Source of the DNA: Candidatus Helarchaeota ASGARD archaeon Hel_GB_B
GTDB lineage: Archaea; Asgardarchaeota; Lokiarchaeia; Helarchaeales; HEL-GB-B
NCBI GenBank assembly: GCA_005191425.1
Contig: SUPR01000003.1
Span: 36,986 to 68,985 of the forward strand
Length of the DNA stretch: 32,000 bases
Reading direction: 5' to 3'
Shown here: positions 17,747 through 27,300 of the stretch, one piece after another
Layout of the letters: each line of letters begins with the position of its first letter
How positions within the stretch are numbered: position 1 is the stretch's first letter
Position numbers and translations under genes: made by a program
The notes under the pieces: model-generated
Database searches by the model: none
What the model saw: only the letters and a program-made list of their open reading frames with translations
Told to the model about the DNA's origin: nothing

Positions 17747-19990
17747 TTAGCTCCCAAGAAATTCAAATTTATTTAGATACTCACTAACAATTTCTGGTAA
17801 ATCCCAAACTTTTTTAAATTCAATTGCACCATTTGGGCATCGTTCTACGCATTTTTGGCAAGCAATACACTTTATTGGTGTTATATTAATAGTACCAAGT
17901 CCCAAAAAATTTTCAGGCAATTTTATTGGCTTGCTAGGTATTTTTAAAGCTATATTTTTTATTATATTAATAATCATTTTCTTGTTTATCGGTAATTCAT
18001 CAAGTTCTTCTTTAGATAATTTAAAAATCTCTTGAATATCCCACTCATTTACCAAGTTTAATGCTGATTCTGGGCAAACTTCTTCACAGCTTTTACATGC
18101 TATACATTTCTTAATATCCCAATATATTTTTCCAAAACCGACTATATATTGTTCATAATCAAATTCAGTTTCATATTTTATTTTTGGAATTTTTATTGGA
18201 ATAAGATTTTCAATATTGATATCAATTTCTTTTTTACCTAAATTTCTAGATATTGAATCAAAAGTTCTTAAAAGTCTGTGATAATCTTTAAGAATATTAT
18301 TTAAATCTGTCCTAATAACTTTATTTGAATTATATTTGATATTACTTAAATTAGTTAATTCTTCGTCTATTTTCAATAAAGTTTCAAAAACAATTTGAAA
18401 ATTTTCCCCGTTAATTTCGCTTATTTTCAACAAAAAGTCTAAATCATTTAAAATTACATATATATTATCAAATAATGTATCCAAAAATTTTTCTGCTTGG
18501 CTTAAAACATGTGGGACATCATATATGAAATAATCTTTTTTTTCGTCAACAATATCTATTTGTTTATCATTTAACATAGTAAGAAGTAGCTCAATTATTT
18601 CTTTTTGCTCAATTTTTGTGATATTGGATAGATCAAAAGGTGTCATAGGGCCATAATTTTTTAAAGATACAATTATTAGAGCTTTATTGAATTCTGTTAA
18701 TAAGTTTTGATCCAAAAAATTAGCCAAATTAAAATTATCTTCTGTATTTTCTGTCTGTAAGAATTGACCTTTTTCAAAAACCAATGGGATTTTTTTCATA
18801 TTAAATAATTCAATTCCAGCTAAAACCCTCAAATTAAGTCTATTGACTTGTCCTTGCTTTTCAAATTCAATAATCTTATCATTAAATAATTGAATTTCAT
18901 CATTTATTAATTTTAAATATTTTAAAATATTTTCTTCATTCATTATTTCCGAATTTTTTGAAATAATGTTTTTAATTTTATCTATTTTTATAAAAAAGTA
19001 ATTTACTACTTGAAATTCTCTTAATTTATTAAAATTCTTGCTTAAATCAATTATATTTTTTAGTATTTTACTTACAGGGGGTATATCACAAATTAATTTG
19101 TAGTTAATTGTATTATCTTTTATAATAACATCCAATAATCTTCTATCCATTAATAAAAAAATAGCTTTTATTATTATATCACTTGATAAATTACTGATTT
19201 TAATCAAATCATCAAAATCAAATTCTATTTGGCTATTTAAAAGGAAGATAATTAATGATGCGACTAATTCTACCAGTAATGTATTTTGAATATACTTTAC
19301 TGTTTCTGCTTCATTTATTTTTTTTGTTGTAAAAGCTTTTTTAATTTGTATAAACGAGAATGTCAATTTTTTATTTTTTAAAATTCCAATTAATTTATCA
19401 TTTACATATTTAAAAAAAGAATTTATGACCTGTTCTTCAGGTATTAATTTTAGATTATTAAAATAAATAAATAAATTGCGTAATTCATCCATTGATCCAA
19501 TATGTTGTAATTCTTTTAAATTTGGATTCGGTATTATCTTATTTATTATATTTTCTATATTATCTAAGTAATTATTAATCTTATTAAAAGTATTATTGAT
19601 TAATTTTTCATCATAACTCTTTTTTATTCTATATAGTTGTTCCTTTTTATCTCGAACTTTCAAATTTTGAATATCTTTAATTTTTTTAATATCAATTGAT
19701 ATTTCTTCAAATATATTTAATAGATGTTTTTTTAAATTAAAATCTCTGACGTTATAAAGGATATTGTTAGAGTTAAGAAAAGATATTAAATCATTTTTTA
19801 TGATGTTTTTTACTTTTTTTATTGAACCCTTAAATTCATTAAATTTACTAATAATTTCGTTAAATTCCTTCTTAATACCTGTATTTACATTAAAAGTTCT
19901 CTTTTTTATTGTTAATAATTTTAATATTTGTTCTAAAAACTCCAATCTTTTTGATGGTATCTGAATATTTTCGATCAATAACCTACTCAC
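17747..19990 (-). CDS. Large helical protein with putative winged-helix modules and a C-terminal 2x[4Fe-4S] ferredoxin domain
   Basis: CIACKSCEEVCP and CIACQKCVERCP at the C-terminus; wHTH-like segments (LIIVSLKNYGPMTPFDLSNIT...EIIELLLTMLNDKQI); GTG start overlaps the upstream stop. Confidence 0.75.
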   Translation of the reverse strand: MSRLLIENIQIPSKRLEFLEQILKLLTIKKRTFNVNTGIKKEFNEIISKFNEFKGSIKKVKNIIKNDLISFLNSNNILYNVRDFNLKKHLLNIFEEISIDIKKIKDIQNLKVRDKKEQLYRIKKSYDEKLINNTFNKINNYLDNIENIINKIIPNPNLKELQHIGSMDELRNLFIYFNNLKLIPEEQVINSFFKYVNDKLIGILKNKKLTFSFIQIKKAFTTKKINEAETVKYIQNTLLVELVASLIIFLLNSQIEFDFDDLIKISNLSSDIIIKAIFLLMDRRLLDVIIKDNTINYKLICDIPPVSKILKNIIDLSKNFNKLREFQVVNYFFIKIDKIKNIISKNSEIMNEENILKYLKLINDEIQLFNDKIIEFEKQGQVNRLNLRVLAGIELFNMKKIPLVFEKGQFLQTENTEDNFNLANFLDQNLLTEFNKALIIVSLKNYGPMTPFDLSNITKIEQKEIIELLLTMLNDKQIDIVDEKKDYFIYDVPHVLSQAEKFLDTLFDNIYVILNDLDFLLKISEINGENFQIVFETLLKIDEELTNLSNIKYNSNKVIRTDLNNILKDYHRLLRTFDSISRNLGKKEIDINIENLIPIKIPKIKYETEFDYEQYIVGFGKIYWDIKKCIACKSCEEVCPESALNLVNEWDIQEIFKLSKEELDELPINKKMIINIIKNIALKIPSKPIKLPENFLGLGTINITPIKCIACQKCVERCPNGAIEFKKVWDLPEIVSEYLNKFEFLGS

Positions 19991-22157
19991 TTTTTAATTT
20001 AAATTTTGGTAATTTATCGAATTCATTTATTCTTTTTACAAAATCTTTAATTTTCAAGTATAATTTATTATTATCAGCTGCAAATGAAGTAAAGAATTCT
20101 ATTCTATTTTTTTCCCAACCAATTGCCTCTAATATTTCCTTAGCAGCTTCTATTTGCATTTTTGCTTTAGAATTTCCATCAATATAATGGCATTTACCTT
20201 CATCACAAGCAATTAAAAAAACGCCATTAGCTCCTTCGTTAAAACATTTAAGAATATCTAATAATGACAATCTGCCACCACATGGTAAACGAATTAACCT
20301 GATATTATCTGAATAGCTTTTTCTTAATAATCCAAGCATATCTACCGAGGCATATGCACATTCATTACATACAAATCCTAGAATAATTGGTTTTTCAAAT
20401 GTATGGGAATCTTTTAAAATAGATTCTATTTGAGCAAAAATCTCTTTGGGAGAATAATTATTTAATTTTGCTGCTCCAGTTGGGCAAACTGCATTACAAA
20501 CTCCACATCCACGACAAGAATATGGATCAATTAAAGCAAGGTATCTTACATCAGTTGAAGTTTCATTTTCCTTTTGTACCATATATGGGACTGAAAACGG
20601 GCATATCCTAACGCATAGTTCACAGCCATTGCATAGTTCAGGATCTACAATCGTAAAATTCTGAGTATTAAAGATTTCAGGGAATTCAAATAATTTAATT
20701 ATTTCCATCGACACTGAGTTTGCTTCTTTTAATGTTTCATCAATTAATTTAGGGCCCAAAACTGTTCCGCACGCAAAAATTCCATTTCGTGAAGTTTCAA
20801 TATTATTTTGTTTTGGATATTTTCCTTGAATAAATCCTTTATTCCATGTTTTAATATTGATTTGATTTAATAACTTTATATTCTCCTTATTAGGGATAAT
20901 TGCTGTGGATAAAACAATTAAATCTGGATGAATTATTAAGACTTTTTGTAATAATGAGTCGTAAATTGTTACTGACAACTTATTCTGTATTTTTTCAATT
21001 TTTCCCAATTCTCCTCTTATAAAATTTATTCCTAAAGACCTGGCTTTTTGATAATCATATTCTGCTTTCCAAGGTGTCCTAATATCTATGTAAAGAATTG
21101 TAATTTCAAATTTTGGGAAATTGTTAAGAATTTCAATAGAATAATTAATAGCTGTTATACAACAATATTTACTACAATAATCATAATACTTTTTATTTCT
21201 TGAACCAACACATTGGACTATTAAAATTCGCTTTTTTAACTTGTTATCGCTAAATATTTTCATTAAATCTTTATCAGCATTATTTATATTATGATTTTTT
21301 AAAAAATTAAAAAATTCTCCTAACTCAGATAAGGTAATTACATTTTTTTCTTCATCATATTTGTAAAAATCATTTAATTTTGGCCGAAAAATATCATGGC
21401 CCGTGGCTAATACTAGAACGGACGCATTTAATGTTTTTTCATTTAATTTATTATCGTGTTCTACGATTTTAACGGTATAATTCCCCAAATTTCCTATTAT
21501 CCATTCAACATTCCAATTAGTTAATATTCTAATTTTTTGAAAGTTTAATGATTTTACAATTTTTTCTATGAAATCTTTTCCTGATGTATTATATGGATGA
21601 ATAAATGGTAATTTATTGATAAATCCACCCAAGTAATTTTCTTTTTCTATAATTGTTATTTCATAACCAAGATCTTGTAAATTTTTTGCTATCTGTAATC
21701 CTGCTATTCCCCCCCCAATAATAACTAACTTCTTTTCTAATTCTTTGACCTCATTTGTTTTATATTCTTTAGTAAATAATTTATCAATGTGCGATTTTAT
21801 TAATATTGTAGCCTTGTAAGTAGCTTTATTAGATTCATGAACCCAAGCACATTGTTCGCGTATATTTGCGACTTCAAATAAGATATTTTGTAGATTATAT
21901 TTTTTTAACTCAAGCTTAAGTTTCATTTCTATTATCTGTGGTGTACAACCTCCAAATACAATACCTTTAATATTTTTTGTTTCCAAGATTTTAATTAGTT
22001 TTTGAAATCCTTCAGTTGAGCATAAATGGTCAAAAATATAGATGGAAGAGAGGGGAAATTCTTTTTTTAAATCAGATTCTATTAATTTAAAATTTAATTC
22101 CATTGTATTTCCGCAAGTACAAAGGCAAATTAAAACTTGATCTTGGTTAAGAAATAT
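19983..22157 (-). CDS. hdrA: HdrA-like flavoprotein (CxC domain + FAD module + ferredoxin) fused to MvhD; start uncertain
   Basis: GGCTP, ANIREQCAWVH, IGGGIAG, QCVGSR, CNGCELCVRICP, CRGCGVCNAVCP, then MvhD (GFVCNEC, LPCGGR, IACDEGKCHY). The conserved ICLCTCG lies upstream of the track ATG (22103) in the same open frame. Confidence 0.85.
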   Translation of the reverse strand: MFLNQDQVLICLCTCGNTMELNFKLIESDLKKEFPLSSIYIFDHLCSTEGFQKLIKILETKNIKGIVFGGCTPQIIEMKLKLELKKYNLQNILFEVANIREQCAWVHESNKATYKATILIKSHIDKLFTKEYKTNEVKELEKKLVIIGGGIAGLQIAKNLQDLGYEITIIEKENYLGGFINKLPFIHPYNTSGKDFIEKIVKSLNFQKIRILTNWNVEWIIGNLGNYTVKIVEHDNKLNEKTLNASVLVLATGHDIFRPKLNDFYKYDEEKNVITLSELGEFFNFLKNHNINNADKDLMKIFSDNKLKKRILIVQCVGSRNKKYYDYCSKYCCITAINYSIEILNNFPKFEITILYIDIRTPWKAEYDYQKARSLGINFIRGELGKIEKIQNKLSVTIYDSLLQKVLIIHPDLIVLSTAIIPNKENIKLLNQINIKTWNKGFIQGKYPKQNNIETSRNGIFACGTVLGPKLIDETLKEANSVSMEIIKLFEFPEIFNTQNFTIVDPELCNGCELCVRICPFSVPYMVQKENETSTDVRYLALIDPYSCRGCGVCNAVCPTGAAKLNNYSPKEIFAQIESILKDSHTFEKPIILGFVCNECAYASVDMLGLLRKSYSDNIRLIRLPCGGRLSLLDILKCFNEGANGVFLIACDEGKCHYIDGNSKAKMQIEAAKEILEAIGWEKNRIEFFTSFAADNNKLYLKIKDFVKRINEFDKLPKFKLKSE

Positions 22158-23493
22158 TATCCCTCCTAAAATTGTTAATTTCTTTAAAAATTTTTAGTGC
22201 AATACTTTTTGAAGATGTTATTGTATCAACAATATCCATTGGACTTATAACAGACCCACAAGCATAAATTCCTTCTATATTGGTGGTAATTTGATCTTCT
22301 TTTACATTAATAAAACCTTCAGAAGTTAATTCTAAATTTAATTTTCTGGATAATTCTATACTATCCTTAGACATAATAATTGCTGTACTTAATACTAATA
22401 AATCAGCTTGAATAATAAGTACCGCATTCAATAGAGCATCATATATTTTTAAAGTTAATTTATTATCATTTTCTTTATTTTCTGATTGTTTAATATCTAT
22501 TAATCTTCCCTTGATAAATTTCACATCATTTTCTCGAGCTTGGGTATAATATTTTTCTAAAAACCCCATTGTCCTAATATCTATGTAAACGATATAAACT
22601 TCAGGGGGTGGGTCATAATTTTCTTTTAGTATTTTTGCATTTTTGATAGCATATTCACAACAAAGTACACTACAATATCTATTATATTTTTCATCTCTAG
22701 ACCCTACACATTGCACTATAACTATTGATTTAACTTCTTTTTGATTTGATGGACGTATTAATTTTCCTTGAGTTGGTCCGTTTGGGTCTATCATTAATAC
22801 TAATTGATATTGTGTTATTACATCTTTATATATTCCATATTTGTAGTCGTTCATTAATTTTGGGATATATTCATCAAAACCTGTTGCTAATATTATATCT
22901 GCACATGAAATATTTATATGGATGTCTTTTTCGTTTAGATTAATTGCATTGACCGGACATGATTTTTCACATAAATTACACCCAAATTTGCATTTATCTT
23001 GATTAATAATAAAATAGTTAGATATACATTGTGGATAATGGCTTGATATAATCGGAAGATCTGGATTTCCTTTAAAAACCTCATTTAAATCGTTAATTTT
23101 TGGGCACACTACTAAACATTTTCCACAATTAATACAATCTTGGTTAACATATGTAGCGTGTTTTATTAATTTAATTTTAAAATTTCCTTTTTTACCAGAG
23201 CAAGATTCAAGTTCTGTATTATTAAGTAGAACAATATTTGGATGAAAATTTATCCCAGATCGATAAAAGCATTTTCTTATGCCATCCTTATATTTGGTGG
23301 AAAGGAGACAAAAAAAACAATCATCTGTGGGAAATGCTTTATAGAGGTGGCCGGCATGCCCTCCAAAAAAGGGTTTTTTCTCAATTAAGTATATTTTAAA
23401 ACCCAAATCTGCCAATTGTATTGCCATATTTAGGCCAGCAATACCGCCACCAAAAATACTTATCGTTTTTTCTGTTTCCAAATTTTTACTCAT
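22147..23493 (-). CDS. hdrA: HdrA-like FAD module with inserted ferredoxin (N-terminal half of a split double HdrA)
   Basis: FGGGIAG, KAFPTDDCFFC, CINCGKCLVVCP, CNLCEKSCP, QCVGSRD, CSVLCCEYAIK. Confidence 0.87.
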   Translation of the reverse strand: MSKNLETEKTISIFGGGIAGLNMAIQLADLGFKIYLIEKKPFFGGHAGHLYKAFPTDDCFFCLLSTKYKDGIRKCFYRSGINFHPNIVLLNNTELESCSGKKGNFKIKLIKHATYVNQDCINCGKCLVVCPKINDLNEVFKGNPDLPIISSHYPQCISNYFIINQDKCKFGCNLCEKSCPVNAINLNEKDIHINISCADIILATGFDEYIPKLMNDYKYGIYKDVITQYQLVLMIDPNGPTQGKLIRPSNQKEVKSIVIVQCVGSRDEKYNRYCSVLCCEYAIKNAKILKENYDPPPEVYIVYIDIRTMGFLEKYYTQARENDVKFIKGRLIDIKQSENKENDNKLTLKIYDALLNAVLIIQADLLVLSTAIIMSKDSIELSRKLNLELTSEGFINVKEDQITTNIEGIYACGSVISPMDIVDTITSSKSIALKIFKEINNFRRDNIS

Positions 23494-23791
23494 CTTTTAC
23501 ATACCAATGATGTTTTAATCGTAATTTATATATTTCAAATTCCAAATTTGTTAATTCATTTTGTAGGGCTTTTATTTCAATATTAAATTTCTCTTGGGAT
23601 ATTTCTCCAATTTGCTTTTGGACGACCAAATTCTTTAATTCTAATTGTTTTAATTTTATTGATTTTTTAATCTCTTCAAATTTATCTCTATTTTCTGAGA
23701 TTATTTGTTTCCATTTATTACTAGATTTGTTTGTCTTATCTAATTGGTCGATAATTTCCATTAATTTTTTTCTTTTTTCTTCATCAATCAC
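23486..23791 (-). CDS. Hypothetical coiled-coil protein inside the hdr operon
   Basis: 101-codon ORF with GTG start, heptad-rich sequence and a GEISQEKF motif. Its stop overlaps the next ATG. Confidence 0.65.
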   Translation of the reverse strand: MIDEEKRKKLMEIIDQLDKTNKSSNKWKQIISENRDKFEEIKKSIKLKQLELKNLVVQKQIGEISQEKFNIEIKALQNELTNLEFEIYKLRLKHHWYVKDE

Positions 23792-23826
23792 TTTTCAAAC
23801 AACTTTATATTATTTCTACACACTAT

Positions 23827-23895
23827 AATCGATCCCTGTGCAAGGGTGTCCTATTCAGAGCAGCTCTTTAAGTCTGAACAGTCATTCTATCGATT
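23827..23895 (-). promoter_or_regulatory. SECIS element, eukaryote/Lokiarchaeota type, overlapping the mvhD stop codon
   Basis: Minus strand reads AATCGAT-AGA-ATGA-CTGTTCAGA-CTTAAAGAGCTGC-TCTGAATAG-GA-CA-CCCTTGCACAGGG-ATCGATT. This gives an AUGA/GA kink-turn core, a 9-bp upper stem (one G-U), AAA 12 nt after AUGA, and a 7-bp basal helix. Confidence 0.85.
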
Positions 23896-24322
23896 TTTGC
23901 TTTTTTAATGGGTTAAGTCCCATTTTTTCCACATCTGCTGCGACTTTTTCAATGATATCTTTCAGTTTGTCAGCTTCGGCAGCTGATACAAAATGCATTT
24001 GTACCCGGTCTTCATTAATTCCAATGTCTTTCAATAATTCTCTAACAAATTTAACTCGTCTGGCGCATGCTAAATTCCCTACTTTATATTCGCAATCTCC
24101 GGGATGTCAACCAACGCTAATCACTGCATCTGCGCCATCTACTAGTCCCCGTAAGATGTGATTGACATCTACTCGACCTGTACATGGTAACCTAAGAATT
24201 CTTACTATCGGATTATATTGTAGCTTAAGAGTCCCTGCTAAATCTGCAGCAGAATAGGAACACCTCATACATGCAAACATTAATACGACAGGTTGTTGCT
24301 CTTTAATTTTACATCACTCCAT
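23882..24322 (-). CDS. mvhD: MvhD/VhuD [2Fe-2S] subunit, selenoprotein (UGA at 24107-24109); start at 24322 or 24307
   Basis: Manual translation: QQPVVLMFACMRCSYSAADLAGTLKLQYNPIVRILRLPCTGRVDVNHILRGLVDGADAVISVG*HPGDCEYKVGN...MHFVSAAEADKLK...KSIE*. The * aligns with Cys in SGCNLGECHY of the fused MvhD. Missed by the ORF track. Confidence 0.92.
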
Positions 24323-27300
24323 TTAATTATTTTCTTTTAAAATTGCATCTATTTGATTTAATATTTGGACATCTTTCCACCATCTTAAATCTCGAGCTCC
24401 AATTGGACAAGATGCTACACAGATCCCACATCCTTTACATTTCATTTCATCTGTTGTTGAAATCATTTTAAAAGGGCTAATATCTTTAATTGATATTGCA
24501 TCATATGGACATACAACTTCACATAGACCACATCCAACGCATTTTTCTATATCAACATCAGCTCTGATCATCTCAATTTCGATTCCTTTATGTTTAATTG
24601 CTGAAATACTTGCTGCCCCACGGGCAAGTGCAATGGTATCTGAAATATCTTTTGGAAAGGTAGACGCAGTATAAATTCCTGGAACTTTTGTCTCAACAGG
24701 TTTAAATTTTAAGTGAAGTTCTTCGATAAACCCATCTTCCGATCTAGTGATACCAAGTATTTTGCATAAATTTTCTATATCATCTGGTGCTTCTTGTCCA
24801 ACAGCTAAAATCACATAATCTATTTTTAATTCTAATTCTTTTTTTAATAATGTATCAAATATTTTTACTATAATCTTATCAGAATCTATTGCTTTGCTAA
24901 CTTTTGGTGGAAAATTCGGTTCCCACCTTATATAATTGACTCCCATTAATTGAGATGTGATATAATTTTCTTCCATATATCTACCAAATGCCCTAATAGA
25001 TTCTTTATAAAGTACATAAATCTCAGATTTTGATAATTCTTCCTTTAATATTATTGAATTAATAATTGAAAAATTACAACAAACTCTTGAGCAATATTCA
25101 TTACCTGGTTCGTTTTTTGTAGCTCTAGAACCAACGCATTGAATAAATACAAAACTATCATTTTCAGAAAAAAAATTATTTTTCAATTTTTCCTGAAATT
25201 CAAGAGAGGTCATGACATTTTTTATCAGACCATATCCATAATATCCTTTGGGCGGAGTCCATTCTTTTGTCCCAACCATGACTAAAATTGTGCCAACTTT
25301 AACCTTTAATATACGATTTTCTTTTTTTAACTTTATACTAACTTCAAAATTTCCTATAAATCCATTCAGATCTACAATTTCGGTTGATGTAAATATCTTA
25401 ATATTATTAAAATTATTAATTTGTTCCAATAATTTAAGTAATAAATTACGAGCTAACTCCTTTTTAGGAAATGTCTTATATAATTTATTTAACCTTCCTC
25501 CAATAATTTCCTCTTTTTCTATAATGATTACATTAAATCGTTTCTTTGCAAGGTCTAAAGCTGCGGACAAACCAGCCACTCCTCCTCCTATAATTAAAAT
25601 TGTAGGTATCAGGCTGATATTTTTCAGTGGAACTTTATCTAAATATCTTGCCCGCGCAATTTCTCCTCTTACCATTTCAATTGCTTTTTTAGTGGCAATT
25701 TCGGGATAATCATGATGGACCATTGAAATATGTTCTCTAATGTTAATTGGCCCCGTAAAATAAAATCTAGACAGACCAACATCCTCCACGCATTCTCTAA
25801 ATGTAGTTTCGTGGGTCAACGGTGAACATGAAGCGACAACAACTCTATTTAAATTGTATTTTTTAATGCTATCCTTAATTAATTGTTGACCTGGATTGGA
25901 ACACATGAATAAATAGTCTGTAGTAAATACAACATTTGGTAAATTACTAACTGCGTCAGCTACTTTTTTTGAATTAACTACATCCGAAATTACTCCTCCA
26001 CAATGGCACACAAAAACACCAATTCTAATTTGATCTTCATCCACATCATAAACTTTTTTCTTTTTTATTTTTATTTCAGGTAATTTCAATAAAGAGGTCA
26101 CCGCTGAAGCAGCTGCTTTTGCTTCAGCTATACAATCTGCACCATCACGCGGACCATGAGCAATTCCAATTACAAAAATTCCTGGTATATTTGTTAAGAT
26201 ACTCTCTAAATTTACATCCTTTTCTTTGATAAATCCATCAATTGGATCGATTTCGATTCCCAATCTATTAATTAATTTAAGAGTACTTTCTGGCAAGACA
26301 AATGCGCAATTTAGTACAACTAATTCAATATCATTAAGCTCAACTACATTATCTGTAAGTGTATCATTTAGTTTTAAGATCAAATTTTTTGTTATTGGGT
26401 CTTCTTGTATCTCAGAAACTCGTCCTCTAATAAATGTAATTTTATATTGTTCTTTTGCAATGTTATAATAATGCTCAAATAGTTTCCCTGCAACTCTTAT
26501 ATCTATATAACAAATATAAATTTCAGCGTCTGGTTCATGGAGCCTCATATTTCTTGCGTTTTTAATTGAAAACATACAACATACTTTATTACAATAATTA
26601 TGGTTAATTTGAGAATCTCTTGCTCCAACGCAATTGATCATTACAATTTTTTTAGGTCTCTTACCATCGCTAGGTCTAATAATTTTAGCAGATACTGGCC
26701 CAGTTGGGTGTGTTAACCGTTCAAATGTTAACGAAGTTATAACATTCTTGAATTTACCATATCCATATTCTTCTTTAACAGTTGGGTCGAATTCTTCTGC
26801 GCCAGTAGCTATTATTATCGCCCCTGCATAAAGTACAAAATCTTGGGGTTCCATATCATGGTCAATAGCATTAACTGGGCATGTTTGAACGCACATGTGA
26901 CAATTAATACAATAATTTTTATTTATTGTAGTAACTAATGGGATTTGTTGTGGGAAATCTAAATAAATTGCATGAGTTTTACAAAGTTTGAAATTATATT
27001 CTGAATCGATAAATACTGGGCAATTTTCAATACATTTTTGGCATCCTGTACATTTTTCTTCATCTACATATCGTGGATTTTTGTGAATAAAAACTTTAAA
27101 ATTTCCCACTGAGCCCTCTACTCCCAAGATTTCTGATAATGTCATAATATTTATTAGAGGATGATGATAAACAGAGTTCATTTTTGGAGTTAAAATACAT
27201 GCTGAACATTCATCGAAAGGAAATATCTTGTAAATTTTAGCGTAAATTCCTCCAATTGTTTGTTCTTTTTCTATAATATATGTAATATATCCAGCATTTG

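Noticed and set aside
23810-23884. Readthrough of the mvhD terminal UGA into LFRLKELL*IGHPCTGIDYSVEII
   Set aside because: The extension has no MvhD-like character, the MvhD domain is already complete, and the sequence is explained by SECIS base-pairing.
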